This document shows, piece by piece, positions 10,815 through 22,682 of a stretch of DNA of 64,000 nucleotides. The stretch spans positions 574,377-638,376 of the forward strand of contig MU008191.1 of NCBI GenBank assembly GCA_010909165.1, written 5' to 3'. Both the position numbers and the translations under genes were made by a program. A model generated the notes under the pieces. That model was given only the letters and a program-made list of their open reading frames with translations. It did no database searches and was not told where the DNA came from. How positions within the stretch are numbered: the first letter of the stretch is position 1; each line of letters opens with the position of its first letter. Source of the stretch: Anthoceros angustus (lineage: Eukaryota > Plantae > Anthocerotophyta).

Positions 10815-12364
10815 GCGTGCGTAGTGGTATCCCACAGACAGTTGTACCTGTCTTGCTATGTCGCCCATCCACCAATTCTCCCCACTTAGCCGCCCGAGCG
10901 GTCCTAGGGGGAGCTTGTGGTTGTGTGTGTGTCGCTTTTGTACATTAGCACGAGCTTGTGATTATTTGCCTGAGCATAACTGTGAATTGTCTTTCCTTTG
11001 CTGCTCATTTGAGCTTGTGATTTGCTTTTGCCTTGTGAGTTGAGTACCTGGTAGGCTCTAAAGACAAGTTGATTTTGTGACTATCGAACGTAAATAAGGG
11101 GCCTAGTATGAACCTTTTTCTTTTCCCACAAGAGTCTAGGGCACATCTATACCTCTTTCCCCTCTCCTCCTAATCTAGATCTCTAAAATAAATAAATAAA
11201 ATAATGGAAGAGGGAGGAGGATTGGACTCAATGGGATTAAACAATTGATACATATATGTCTCGCTCTTTATACTAACAAAACATTGATACAATAACAATA
11301 TCTTTACAATTGTCACAATGACTCTGGGCTCACAAATTTACAGGAATGATACAATAACAACACGACCATGACACGAACTAAGGTTACAGCATACTCAAAT
11401 TTCTTACGATGTATCCAATTCAAAATGCAGCATCGCGAGTGCGGGATCAATATAGGTGTAAAACAACCAAGGTGTAAAAGTCTGCACCAATTCGTACATC
11501 ATGCGTCATTGTTCTAAGCTTCAAAAAATGCAACTTGCCTATTCTAGATTAGCCCATATTTGATATTCCTTCCCACATATTCACATGACCCTCATGATAT
11601 AGGAGAGGGGATTTTGCACGGGTCAAAATCCCTTACCACCGTAGTTGATATATTTGTCGGCTAAAAATAAGTATTTTTTCTTTTTTCCTGATAATATGGA
11701 TATTATCGCGGCCCGTACCCAAATTCTCAAAAACATATGGCGTTGGAAATCATGTCTTTAGGTATATGTCCGATACATGATTATATAGGATATATATGTA
11801 CAAGACATAATTTAATTATTTTATTTTATCTAATGATCTATCTTAAAAAATATAATTCATTAGGCAGTGGGCCGCCTAAGATAGTTAAAGGAACAATAGG
11901 AGATTTTTGGCCCAATAGTTATTTAATTTAGATCTCTTTTTTACAAAACTTCTAGAGTCTTTCTCCATACTTTTCTCGGATAAGATGAGATTTTTTTATT
12001 TATGTGAATTACATAAAACTTTTTTGTGCAATTAAGCTGAACTTCTGTCTATTCTTTTTTCTTCAACCCTAAATTCATCTCTAGCATGGGTTTTTGCTTC
12101 CTAGACGTAGAAGGAATTAGTAAGTAGTGGTGTCAATGGAACCTTGGGTTTGGTTTTCCCATCCCCTACACACGTACTGAATTGAACTAGGTGAGAAAGA
12201 TGAAATAAGGTTTAGTTATGTTTATCTAACATATATGGCAGTATGTACATAGGTATCTACGTAGTAAGTACGAAATGTGAGAGGAATGACCTTGAAGTTT
12301 GAGAAACCAAATGCATTGTATGCCCGCCAAAATGTGGAATTGAGACGGAGCGTAAGTGGAGGCC

Positions 12365-14166
12365 ATGGAAGAAGACAAAGCTGCTGCCTACTATGACGAG
12401 CTGGTGCTCAAGGGAGGGGGTGCTGCACGGTTCAAGCAGGGCCTCGGCTATGGCTCCAAGCCCTCTGAGCCGCGCACTGAGCGCTCTATTCCGACCTCCA
12501 TGAGCAATTTCGTCAGGGAGTTGAGCCCAAGCAAAGCTGGGCTTCTGCGAAAGGAAATCAGGATCGATAACATCAGGGACAAGCTCAAGAAAAGGGACAA
12601 TGTTCCAAGAAATTCGGGGAAATCGGATAAGCGCAGCAGGAGCTCCTCGCCAGAGCTAGCTAGGTCGTCGGCAGCGGAGGAAGCCAAGAAGGTGCATGGG
12701 AAGGATGGGAGTCGGAGCCCTCAGAGGGGAAGGAGAAAGTGTGAGCGAAGGGATGGAAGTAGGTCTCCCGGACCGCGGTCCAGGAGCAGGTCTCGTGACC
12801 GTGGAAGGCACCGCCGGAGTAGGTCAAGGAGCAGGTCTCGTGAGCGAGGCAGGCATCGCCGGAGTAGGTCAAGGAGCAGCTCCAGGGAGCACAGAAAGGA
12901 AAGCAGGAGAGGATCCCATGAGAGTAGGCGAAGCCGGTCTCCTCGTCGTTCGGGCAGGAGGGAGATTTCGTACCATAGCCACCGGAGGAGGGAGAGAAGT
13001 AGGTCGTTGGACAGAAAGCGGGGTAACCGGAGCAAGTCTCCTGGGTGCAGGGACAGGAGAACGAAGACTGAACGGGGAAGTAATGGTGCCGCGGATACCA
13101 GAGACTATTCCTCGCTCATTCCAGGCTTTGATTATATGGTTCGTGGCTTTCTTCGTGTGATGCATTTGCCAAGTGCAATGTTAGGCTTTGCAGATGCAGG
13201 GAAGTAGTGGGTCTAAACCCCGTGGTTTGCAGACTCCAGCTCAGAAAGTGAAAGCCAAGATGAGGCTTCAGCTTTCAGAAACTGGTATGCCTTCAAGCTC
13301 TGTCTATGCACGTCTGTCAACTGTTGGTTGAAATTGTTCCTTTGCTGAACTGCGTAGGCGACTTTGACAGAAGAATTTCTTTTAATGCAGTTGTGAAAGA
13401 TAACGCCAAGGGAGTGACTGGAGAGTGGGAACGATTTGATTTCGACAAGACAGCACCATTGGATGACGATGCCAAGCTTGACGGGTTGGGAGGTTAGCTA
13501 GCCTGTTTCATGGCAATTCAATTATATTTGGACGAAGAGTATGTGATGCGTTCGGAACTGTTTGGAGTGGATATCATCTGACTATGGTATGTACTCTTGG
13601 CAGATGACACTGGGGCCCCTGATGATACCGTGTTTTTGAAACACACCGGAAGTACTTTCTATGCCTCTGTGAATCAAGTAAGTCTTGGCTTCATTGTGGG
13701 ATTTCATGTTGTCAGTCTCTTCCCACTGCTTGTCACTTTTCGAACGAGGTTACATAGTGGTGCTGTTATCTTTTTGTCCTATTAATTTCTGGTTTGTTGA
13801 TGCAGGCTAAAAGAGAGGCTGACATTCAGTCCGCTCACGAAGCTGCGATGTTTGGAGTGCCCACCCGTACTGAGCCCGAGATGATGAAACATCAAACCTC
13901 CCGTTGTGATAATATTACCACCAACAGAACAGAAGATAAGAGTGCAGAGGGCAAAGCGCCTGGAAGTTCTGTTCTCAGTGACGAGGTCTGCCTGGGCTTC
14001 TTCGATGGACATCATGTATGCTTGTGTACTTGCCTCCCGTGTATAATCTGACAGGTATTGCACCTTTATATGTCCTTGGCAGGTCCTGAAAATGCAGCAG
14101 CAGAGCTCATGGCAGGAGCGTGCAAGAAGGCTGAGGGAGGAACGAGCAGCTTCTGGAAAATCTTGA
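12365..14166 (+). CDS. Conserved plant Arg/Ser-rich (SR-related, RSRC1-like) protein, 6 exons (12365-13138, 13233-13284, 13391-13492, 13604-13677, 13806-13985, 14083-14166), ~421 aa
   Basis: N-terminal MEEDKAAAYYDEL..KGGGAARFKQGLG, an RS domain, then TPAQKVKAKMRLQL, WERFDFDK.APLDD, AHEAAMFG and SWQERARRL. GT-AG introns give 1266 nt in frame. Confidence 0.85.
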
Positions 14167-14961
14167 CCTCCAGCGCAGACAACTCACCCATCTCGTAGAG
14201 CTGAGCTCGACGGACATAAAGAGGATTCGTTATCAAAAGTATTGCATGCAGTGATTCTGAACCAAGTGCTGTTTCTCTAGGACTTTTGGGTCTGGTGAGG
14301 TAGCTTGTGGTTATCCAGAATCATGCTTCTGCAAGTATGTGGGGTGATTTAGAACCGTGGTCTTTTCAACGAAGGGAGTGTGGGTTTTTGCAGGACTCAG
14401 CCGATCATTTGCCGGACAGGAGAGTAACGGAGTGGCACTGCCTCCAGAAGTCACGGTGAGGCCCTTGCATCCTGACTAGAAAAAAGCAGGTTTCATGATG
14501 GCAATTTCTTGAAGGGCTGAAGTTATGAAAAGTCAATATTTACCGCCACTGTCCAGATTGTCCTGTGGCTAACGATCATGTTTCTGGCGTTGGACACAGC
14601 ACCACGGGCGTAGAATATTCAAATCGTGGATGCTTCCTAGTACCTGCACAACTTTTTAAGTCTCACATCCTGCTTACGAAGAGTACCGGAGCCGTAGAGT
14701 CTCTGGGTATACATATATTGACAAAATAGCCGTTCGCTCAGCTGATTGTCGTTCTTTTTTGATAAAACTTTGTACTTACACCTTTATCAGTTTACTTTTG
14801 AAAGTCATTGTCCGACGTTCACTTTCCTGTCTGTCAAGAAGTGCAAGCGGTGGTTTCACGTGGTGCGTCCTGTAAAAGAGGTGAAGTTGCCCTGGTTGGT
14901 AGCTGGTTTCCATCGGCAAGCACATGCACGGGTGGCTCATCCTTGCACCCAAAAGCACAGT

Positions 14962-15096
14962 AGAAGAAGAAGAAGAAGAAGAATTTTATTTGAGTCCACT
15001 AAGGACGGATTTCCGTCATGGGACTTGGTACTTGACAACTTGTACCATGGTGTGCCTAAGCTACTTGCACCAAGGGCATCCACTCCCTTTAGGCAC
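14962..15096 (-). repeat. Second (inverted) copy of the retroposon-like repeat seen at 1-130
   Basis: (GAA)n tail at 14962-14983, then TTTTATT and ~110 bp reverse-complementary to positions 1-110. Confidence 0.7.
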
Positions 15097-18000
15097 CCCA
15101 TCTAAGTACCGATCTAGGCTCAGGATGCTTAATCACGGCGTTCTTATAAATGTGTGTCCATTTGGCCTAAGCCATTTGGACAGTAGCTTGAACGGCTATG
15201 CGTGTGCTGCCGAAGCTTGCTTTCGGTTCTGGGTTTGAAGACTTGAAGAAGGGACGACAACAACGCAGGTTTGTCAAACCGGACTGATTTTAGTATGCAT
15301 CTGAGCTGGTCGACACATGGCTCTGGAAACCTTTTTGGCAAAGTTGCAAAGAGGGACATAACCTGCAGGCGGTGAGGTAATAACCCGTGCTGCAAATCAC
15401 AAACTTCTCCATCTGGGGCAGGTTGAGAGAGATGCAACATGTCATTGCGGACAGTTTGCCATCAGCGCCAACAGATGTCAGTGGTCCAGAGAACGACACT
15501 GGAGAGCCCACGTGGAGAAAGCAGGTCACATTTCCTCACTGTCCAATAGATGTCATTCTTGCACTGGATGTGCCACGTCGAACTACGGTGCCGTCCTGAA
15601 TGGTACTCTCATGCCTCCAACGTGCCATCAGTTTCTGCATCCCAGCTTACGTGTCTCGTGCTCATGCCCACCATGCTGAAAGCACGATTACGGCCATGCT
15701 AAATGTTCTGTTCCACACTGCACGTGATTCTTCTGTTGCTCTGACATTCCCAAGTTGATTGATGAACTCGCAGTGCCAGGGCGGAGCGGCAGTTGCGTTC
15801 CATGTCTGCAGTACTGCAGACTCCGAGGCCGCGCAATCCCAGTGCGTGATTGGCTCCTGGAACCCCAAGCGCGGAGTGGCTGCTGTGTGGCACAGGCACA
15901 GGATTCTGACTCTCAGATGCTGCTGTCTGGACCAAGCAACCGCTATCTACTATGCATCTATATATCTACCCTCGAGGTCGTGCTTATCTCAAGGCTGTAG
16001 AATGGAAGCCCCGATTCCCAATCCCGCGCTCACAGCGAGCTGCCGCTCAGAACCTTCGTCGATGAGGTCTGGTGGACGTGACAAAGTGCGGGATCACGCC
16101 ATTGGGCATGTTGATTCCGCCAAGCATCCCCTTGCCCACTTGCGTCACGCATCCTGATCCCCCGGGCCTCCCACACTTCTACCAGGCACATCGTGACTTC
16201 AGATTCTTCTGCGCCTGCGACCGACCATCATGCCCACGACATCACATTGTTCCTCCACTTCCAAGATACTTTTCTCTCTCAACAAGTGTTTTGATCCTGC
16301 AAGATTTCACACGGACAAACTACGTAGGTACCTATTTTAAAATTTTACATACGTCCGGTATACACCTAAATAGGTCACTTTAATATTTATTAAGAATTAT
16401 TTATATCTTGAATATTCTAATACCTGAGTATTAGGTATGAAAAATTCATTATTGATCAAATTAGATTCAACATGTTTTACACTCATGTTATACGACTTTG
16501 TCATCCCAATTGAGGCCAGCTACCCAAGCAAGAGGTGCATTTGAGATGCTCCCACCCATATGTGGACTCTCATCTTTGTGCCCATGGCATTATAATATGT
16601 GGACCTTCTCATCTTTTTGCGCGTGATATTATAAATGTTATACATAGTTGTCTATAGGTTCAGAGCATAGCTACTCCACACTACTGTTGTGGAACACCTT
16701 GTTGGTACGCACCACAACCCTATTAGTTTCTAATAATGCGGAAGCTCAGGAGGAATCCGAAGCTTACCTCGTATGTCTGTAAATTGCTTGCCAAGAAGGT
16801 CTCGAGTTTCCTGCGGAATAGGACACCTGTTAGGATAACACCTCTAGTAACCCTGTTTGGGATCCAACATGCACCACTTGCACTTAGAAAGCTCTGGATG
16901 GATGAGACTATTGTTAAGACCTACTTGTAGCAAACTTGCTGACCTTGTTCCCCTTTCCCCCTAAGCTACCTGCCCTAGAATGAAGAATAGGCCAAAGGTT
17001 GGACTAAATCCAAGTCAAACGCAACGCGATAGAAAGGTTGCTGGTTCGATGCGGAACGCCTGAATACTAGGATGAGCCAAAAGCCAAAAACATGTTCCCT
17101 TCCCCGAGCCAGGAACCTGTTCCCTTCCCCGAGCAAGAGCGAAGCCGAGCACGGATTGGCTTGGGAATGGAGGTTATGAAAGTATTGTTCAATTTAGTGC
17201 ATTGTCAAATTATTTCGATACCAAGTCTAAAGTCCAAGCTAATCCTATATTGCAATCCATAACTTGAAGGGTGTGTAATCCACCTAACCTGTTTGAAAGA
17301 ATGGTAACACATCTTAGTGGACTTCAATAGAGTAAAATCCATGTCATACTAGCTGAGTTGAAAGGGAAAGGAAGAGTTTTTCAATGAGACCTATTAGCTC
17401 CATTGTTAGAGCGTCATGCTAATAACGCGTTATAGGTTATAGGAGGTCGGGTTATAGGTTCTTCTTCTTATATGGGCCAGGTTATAGCTTCGAATCCTAT
17501 ATGGGCCACAACACATAAGGACTTAGGCATTAGAACTTTAAAATATACTTTTACTTCTATGCCAACCCACTCTGCACTAAACCTTTGCAATAAAAAAGTT
17601 GAAGCATGGACTCTTCCGTATTGCCCTATCGTAAGACTGTTCATACCATCTCTACTTAATCAATACAATTCCTATTTAAATTTTTCTTTCTAGATTTAAA
17701 GATGGAGTATGGTATACCTGGTTTCTTAGTTTCTAGAGCTCGAGGAATATTTTCACAAATGATAAAATAGTTTATTTAAATATTTATTGAGATATATTAT
17801 GATATTATGAAAAACCTTAGAGTAGCATTTAAAAATTGGGCCTATCATATTATTTCAAATTCCAATTGGTCCTCATAGGATTGGGTTTTTTTTTAAATGA
17901 TAAAAGTTGTCTTTCAAAGGTGTAACACTTAGAATATTGTAATACAAACCTGAAACTAATATATGCAATAAAGTAGGTTGGAGTATTATTCATTATATGA

Positions 18001-18207
18001 ATGATAGAAATAATACTCCAAAACATATTAGCTCTTCCAGTTTACACCAAATATTTCATATATAGAACAAAAACACAATTAGAATTACTAGGTGCCAATG
18101 GAATAAAAATAATAAAAAATCATTAAATATTTTCACGATACAATCTAGGACAACCTACCATTTACTCAAGCTTGTGATCATTCTCCATGTACACAAATCT
18201 ATTGCTT

Positions 18208-18504
18208 TCATCCAAAAAATCCTTTCTTTTTCTTCTTAGGATCCTCAACTCTAACTGGATTGTGTTTCATCTTTTCTATAGGAAGTTTTTCATCATCAAT
18301 ATTAAGTGTCTCTTGGGTAGGTTGAATTTGCTTCAAGTGCTCTTCTACTTGGATGGGCTTATCAGGATCTTTAGGAGGAACTATAATAGGCTTGTTTTGT
18401 TTTTTAAGCTCCTCATTATACTTAATGAGATCCTTATCTCTTTGGATAGATTCGGGTGCTTCATAAAATAGAAAAAATGGATTTTTGAGCATAGGATTTT
18501 TCAT
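18208..18504 (-). CDS. Hypothetical 98-aa Lys/Pro/Glu-rich protein
   Basis: ATG-initiated 297-nt ORF in very AT-rich DNA. It is hydrophilic, ends in KKKKKGFFG and is divergently arranged with the CFAP144-like gene. No recognised domain. Confidence 0.45.
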   Translation of the reverse strand: MKNPMLKNPFFLFYEAPESIQRDKDLIKYNEELKKQNKPIIVPPKDPDKPIQVEEHLKQIQPTQETLNIDDEKLPIEKMKHNPVRVEDPKKKKKGFFG

Positions 18505-18776
18505 TTTTTAAGGTCATACACTATGTAATAAATAATGAGAAAGATCCACTAAATTATTAAACATAGTATATCACTTTCTTGTAGTGTCACTCTAATATTA
18601 ATATAAAAAATAAATTAATATATACTTGAAATAGGTAGTATAGGAATATAAGTGAAAAACATGTCGTGATTTATTACAACAGCCTCCATAGCAACTTCCT
18701 CTTAAATTCATACATTGTGCCTATATAACTAATTAAACTCCTCCACTACCGTTAGTATCCTAGAGAGATATAAATT

Positions 18777-18783
18777 AACGGTT
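18777..18783 (+). promoter_or_regulatory. Candidate DUO1-type MYB site (AACGGTT = RRCSGTT) in a bidirectional promoter
   Basis: Exact match to the RRCSGTT consensus, with a near match TACCGTT at 18747-18753. The motif is short and could occur by chance. Confidence 0.25.
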
Positions 18784-19022
18784 GCCTATGATTTGTTTAC
18801 TTAATATAATATATATTTATATTAAGAAGTTTTAATAATAATCCTATTTTCATCACTTTAAATTTTTAGAACATAATTAATAATTTATTCATAATTTAGA
18901 TAGCATAGTTAATATCATTAAAAAAAACCAAAACTATTTGCATGTGGAATTGTGGAACCCTTGTTGTGTGACCGTCTTTCTGTGCAATACACTTGGATAT
19001 CTGGGCATTTGATCTTATCATA

Positions 19023-20155
19023 ATGGCTCCCAAAAAAGAGGTAGCATCATATGCTCATGGAGGAATGTGGTCTAAGGAGTTAGATGAAGTTGGAGTAAAC
19101 AAAATTTGGTCTGAACATGTGGAGAAAGAGAATGCAATCTATAATAATGTAGGAGGCCCTTTTATGATGAATCCTCTTACATGTAGGACATTACATGTGC
19201 ATGAGGCTATACACGTAGTAATATCTTTGGTGGTCAACAAGTTATTGATTTATCTACATAAGATTTGATACCTTTTAATCATAGCATGATTGTGTCTTAC
19301 AGTAATTAATATTCCGGATAGACCACAATACTGTAATCCTAAGACAAGAGGTATGCATCTGTTTCAACAAGTAAATTCTCATATTGTCATTTCAGCTCTA
19401 ATTCACGAAGTTCTAGAACTACAAAGATGTAATGCCTATATATCTTTGCATTGAAGATGTAAAGTTACTAAGGAAGAGTATGAAGCCGCCTTGAAAGTAT
19501 TAGGAATGGTCTCTATTCTTAAAAGGCCAGATGCAACTCCGACAGAGAAATGGGATTGTCCTCAGACTTCATCTCATGAATATGGTTGGGTGTCTAAACC
19601 ACTGGTGCGTTATTCATATTACATATCCTTATTGATATATATAGAAAATTTTTAATGAAAAATTGGACCAACATGTTTGTTTGTTTGCTGTAGATTCCTC
19701 GCAACCCTGAGTTTTGTTATCCTAAAAATTCATGTGCGGAGACGTTATATGCCACAAAATACTACAGCTTAATGCATACTACACCCTTCACGGCAAAAGA
19801 ACCTATTGCAAAAGATTATGGAAAATCTCCAAAATCAGCAGGTAAGGCTCCTCATGTTGTTGCCACCAGCAATCCACCCACAACTGCATCAAATGAGCAA
19901 GTGATTGTGCCGTCAAATGGTAATCCTACCATTTCGACATTGGATCCCACACCGTCAAATGGTAATCCTACCATTTCGACACTGGATCCCACAACTGCCT
20001 CTTCTATTCCTATTGCACGTGCCCTCTCTAGTATTGTTGGACCCACTGCCACTTCTGTTCCGTCGATACCTATTACTAATGGTGAATCTAGCTTAATACC
20101 TGGGCCACCTTTAATTCTACCTATAACAGCTAGTCCTATAATAGCCACTACTTAA
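19023..20155 (+). CDS. CFAP144: FAM183/CFAP144-like axonemal microtubule-inner protein with Thr/Pro/Ser-rich C-terminal extension, 4 exons (19023-19182, 19303-19350, 19465-19604, 19694-20155), ~269 aa
   Basis: Motifs IWSEHVEKEN..FMMNP, P.EKWDCPQTSSHEYGW.SKPL and FCYPKNSCAETLYA follow the FAM183 pattern. Splice sites give 810 nt in frame. The exon 3 acceptor is AAG and is less certain. Confidence 0.7.
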
Positions 20156-21109
20156 TTTGCCGTTCCTTCCTGTATTGCTCATACACCACCACATATCACT
20201 TTTTGTTTGAGTTTTATTTGTCTTTTCCTTTTTTTTTTTCCCACTTTTCTAAAAGTGATGTTTGGTTCTTAGCACTTGAGCTTCTCTTCATCTTATTTCA
20301 TGGTACCAATAGACTTCACATTCAAGTCACATGATTGATAGCCATATAATAGACCTTACATTCAAAGTCATGTTTTTACTACCCATGTGATTTTGACATT
20401 GATTTTATTATGGGGAATGCCAGTCCTTACATAAGTAAGGACAATAGCCACACACGTTCTTGTAATAAAGAATAGACAATTTTCTTGCACAGTCTACAAA
20501 TAAAGTTTTGAGGCACTTTTCTTGGACATATCTACAAATAAATTATAGAAAATTTTTGTTGCAAATGCATACAAATAAATAGGCACAAACCCCACTAGTA
20601 TTGTCTAATTCCATATATGAAACCACACCAATTATTAATAATAAATATACACAACTAACTTCAATTTAATCAAATATATTGAAAGTGGATTAGTTAGCAA
20701 AGAAAGTCGTTTTATACTCATAATCTACACCACGTCAAACACAAAGTATCTTTGATGACTTGAGATCATATAAGTTTGTATTCTAACATGGATACAAACA
20801 ATTATGAATTTAGATAACTGTATATCACTTACTATATTTATTTTATGCAGGTTAAAATCAAGTATCAAATAACTTGGTTTGATGTATGATAAGATTCATT
20901 CTCTTAACTCCAACTTGACAGTAAAAAAATTAATTTTTTTATAAAATATATTATATATTAGGTAAAATATTAAAATTATATTAATTTAATATATTTAATA
21001 ATGTTAATGAGTAGGTATGGTTTTTTCTATACCTATCTATTTATCTATTTAGGTAGACTGGGATGCATGAAAATTTAACTCTATAAGTAAGAAGCCTTGC
21101 ATGAGAAGC

Positions 21110-21720
21110 ATGTAGCCCTGGATCTAGTTAGTAAGTTGTAAGTAGTGGTGGTAAGACTTAGCTTAGGGCTTAAAGAAGAAAGACTTAGCTTAGGGCTTAA
21201 AGAAGAAAGTCTGCTTTAAGCACTTACTTTGGAAATGTTGTAAGCCTCCCTATAAAAGGAGATGAGGCTAGCCTTAGAGAAGCATCTTGTGATCCTAGCA
21301 TGGGGAGCTACACTCTTGAGGATAGGACTTTGGTGCCTAGAGGCCTTGGGAGCCTAGAGTGTGAGCATGTCTAGAAGGATCCTAGCACTTGGGAGCTACA
21401 CTTCTGTGAGGAGTGTGAGCATGTCTAGAAGGATCCTAGCACTTGGGAGCTACACTTCTGTGAGGATAGGAATGTGGTGCCTAGAGGCCTTGGGAGCCTA
21501 GAGTGTGAGCATGCTAGAGGAGAGCTGTTGAGGAGGAGATCGAGGGGAGAGAGCTAAGCTCCTAGCTTAGGCAAAGATGGGGAGCTCTCGTGCTAGAGGA
21601 GAGCTGTTGAGGAGGAGATTGAGGGGAGAGAGCTAAGCTCCTAGCTTAGGCAAAGATGGGGAGCTCTCTCTGATCTCTCATGTATTCTTGTTGACTCTTC
21701 TTTGGAATAAGCAGTGACAG
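21110..21720 (+). mobile_element. Solo-LTR-like element with nested internal tandem duplications
   Basis: TATAAAA at ~21251 and AATAAG near 21706. Duplicated blocks at 21153-21208 (27 bp x2), ~21357-21463 (~53 bp x2) and ~21513-21668 (~79 bp x2). Termini and target-site duplication are not resolved. Confidence 0.45.
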
Positions 21721-21805
21721 ACGTCTTGTTGCGAGTCATCCCGTGGAAGGACGGCGGGCTACTTGGAGGCCTCGTGCTGGTGTCTGATGATGTTTTTGTT
21801 GCTAT

Positions 21806-21929
21806 CTGCGTGACTGCCCCACCTCGCTGAAAGCTAACTGCGTGACTGCTCCACCTCGCTGAAAGCTAGCTGCGTGACTGCCTCACCTCGCTGAAAGCTA
21901 ACTGTGTGACTCCCCCACCTCGCTGAAAA
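21806..21929. repeat. 32-bp tandem repeat x4 (CTGCGTGACTGCCCCACCTCGCTGAAAGCTAA)
   Basis: Four contiguous near-identical units with no spacers. Confidence 0.9.
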
Positions 21930-22182
21930 GGGGGTGTTATTTTATAGGTCATTTCTCTTTGGAAAAAACTTTGTAGGTCATACCCCGTGGGGGACCCTTT
22001 TTGATGGACATGAGATAGCATCAGATAGTTCCAAGCTCCCTTTTTGATGTTCATGAGATAGCATGAGATAGTTCCAAGCTCCAACCACAACATGTGATCG
22101 CTAGAGTCCAGTGTTGCATGTGTCCGTGGTGTAGCGGTACCGACCATCCATTATTCCACTGCCGTTTCCAGTAGCTGTGTGG

Positions 22183-22682
22183 CATACAGCCATCTCCTTC
22201 ATCCAAGCTTTATGAAGGCCGTGCTCTGCAGTACACTCCGCTGTGGTCCCTGCAGACTTTGTGTGGACGAACTCGCAAGGGGTTTCCAGAGTGCGTGCGT
22301 GTGTGTGTCTTGAGCTCAGATTTTGCATGAGTGCGGCAGCCGGGGAGCTCCAATGGCCGCCTTGCTGCAGACTGTCCACAACCCGCTGAGTCATCACCGC
22401 ACTGGGGCCAGATCTGGTCTCTGTGCGATTCGCGAGCTGCTTCTGCTCCGGCCCCTCCATAGGAGATGGTACAGCCATCTCCTTTGTCCAAGCTTCCAGA
22501 GAGCATATCAAGCCCGGGCACTGCAGTACATTCCGCTGTGATCCCTGCAGACTTTGTGTGGACAAACTCGCAAGGCGTTTCCAAAGTGCGTGTGTGTGTG
22601 TGTGTGTGTGTCTTGAGCTCAGATCTCAGATGAGTGCGGCAGCCAGGAAGCTCTGATGGCCGCCTTGCGGCAGACTGTTCAC
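22183..22682. repeat. Local direct duplication of ~200 bp (22183-22380 and 22470-22682), each containing a (GT)n tract
   Basis: Both copies share the block TACAGCCATCTCC..CTGCAGTACA..CCTGCAGACTTTGTGTGGAC..TCTTGAGCTCAGAT..ATGAGTGCGGCAGCC..GCAGACTGT. Confidence 0.8.

Noticed and set aside
15100-17300. Possible pseudogene or LTR remnants
   Set aside because: No recognisable protein motif, PBS, PPT or terminal repeats.
18683-18696. RFX X-box-like CCATAGCAAC upstream of the ciliary gene
   Set aside because: It is only a half-site, and plants are not known to have RFX factors. Likely chance.
21806-21929. 32-bp repeats (and the 42-bp repeats at 40777-40944) as a CRISPR array
   Set aside because: The units are contiguous with no unique spacers, there are no cas genes, and the context is eukaryotic.
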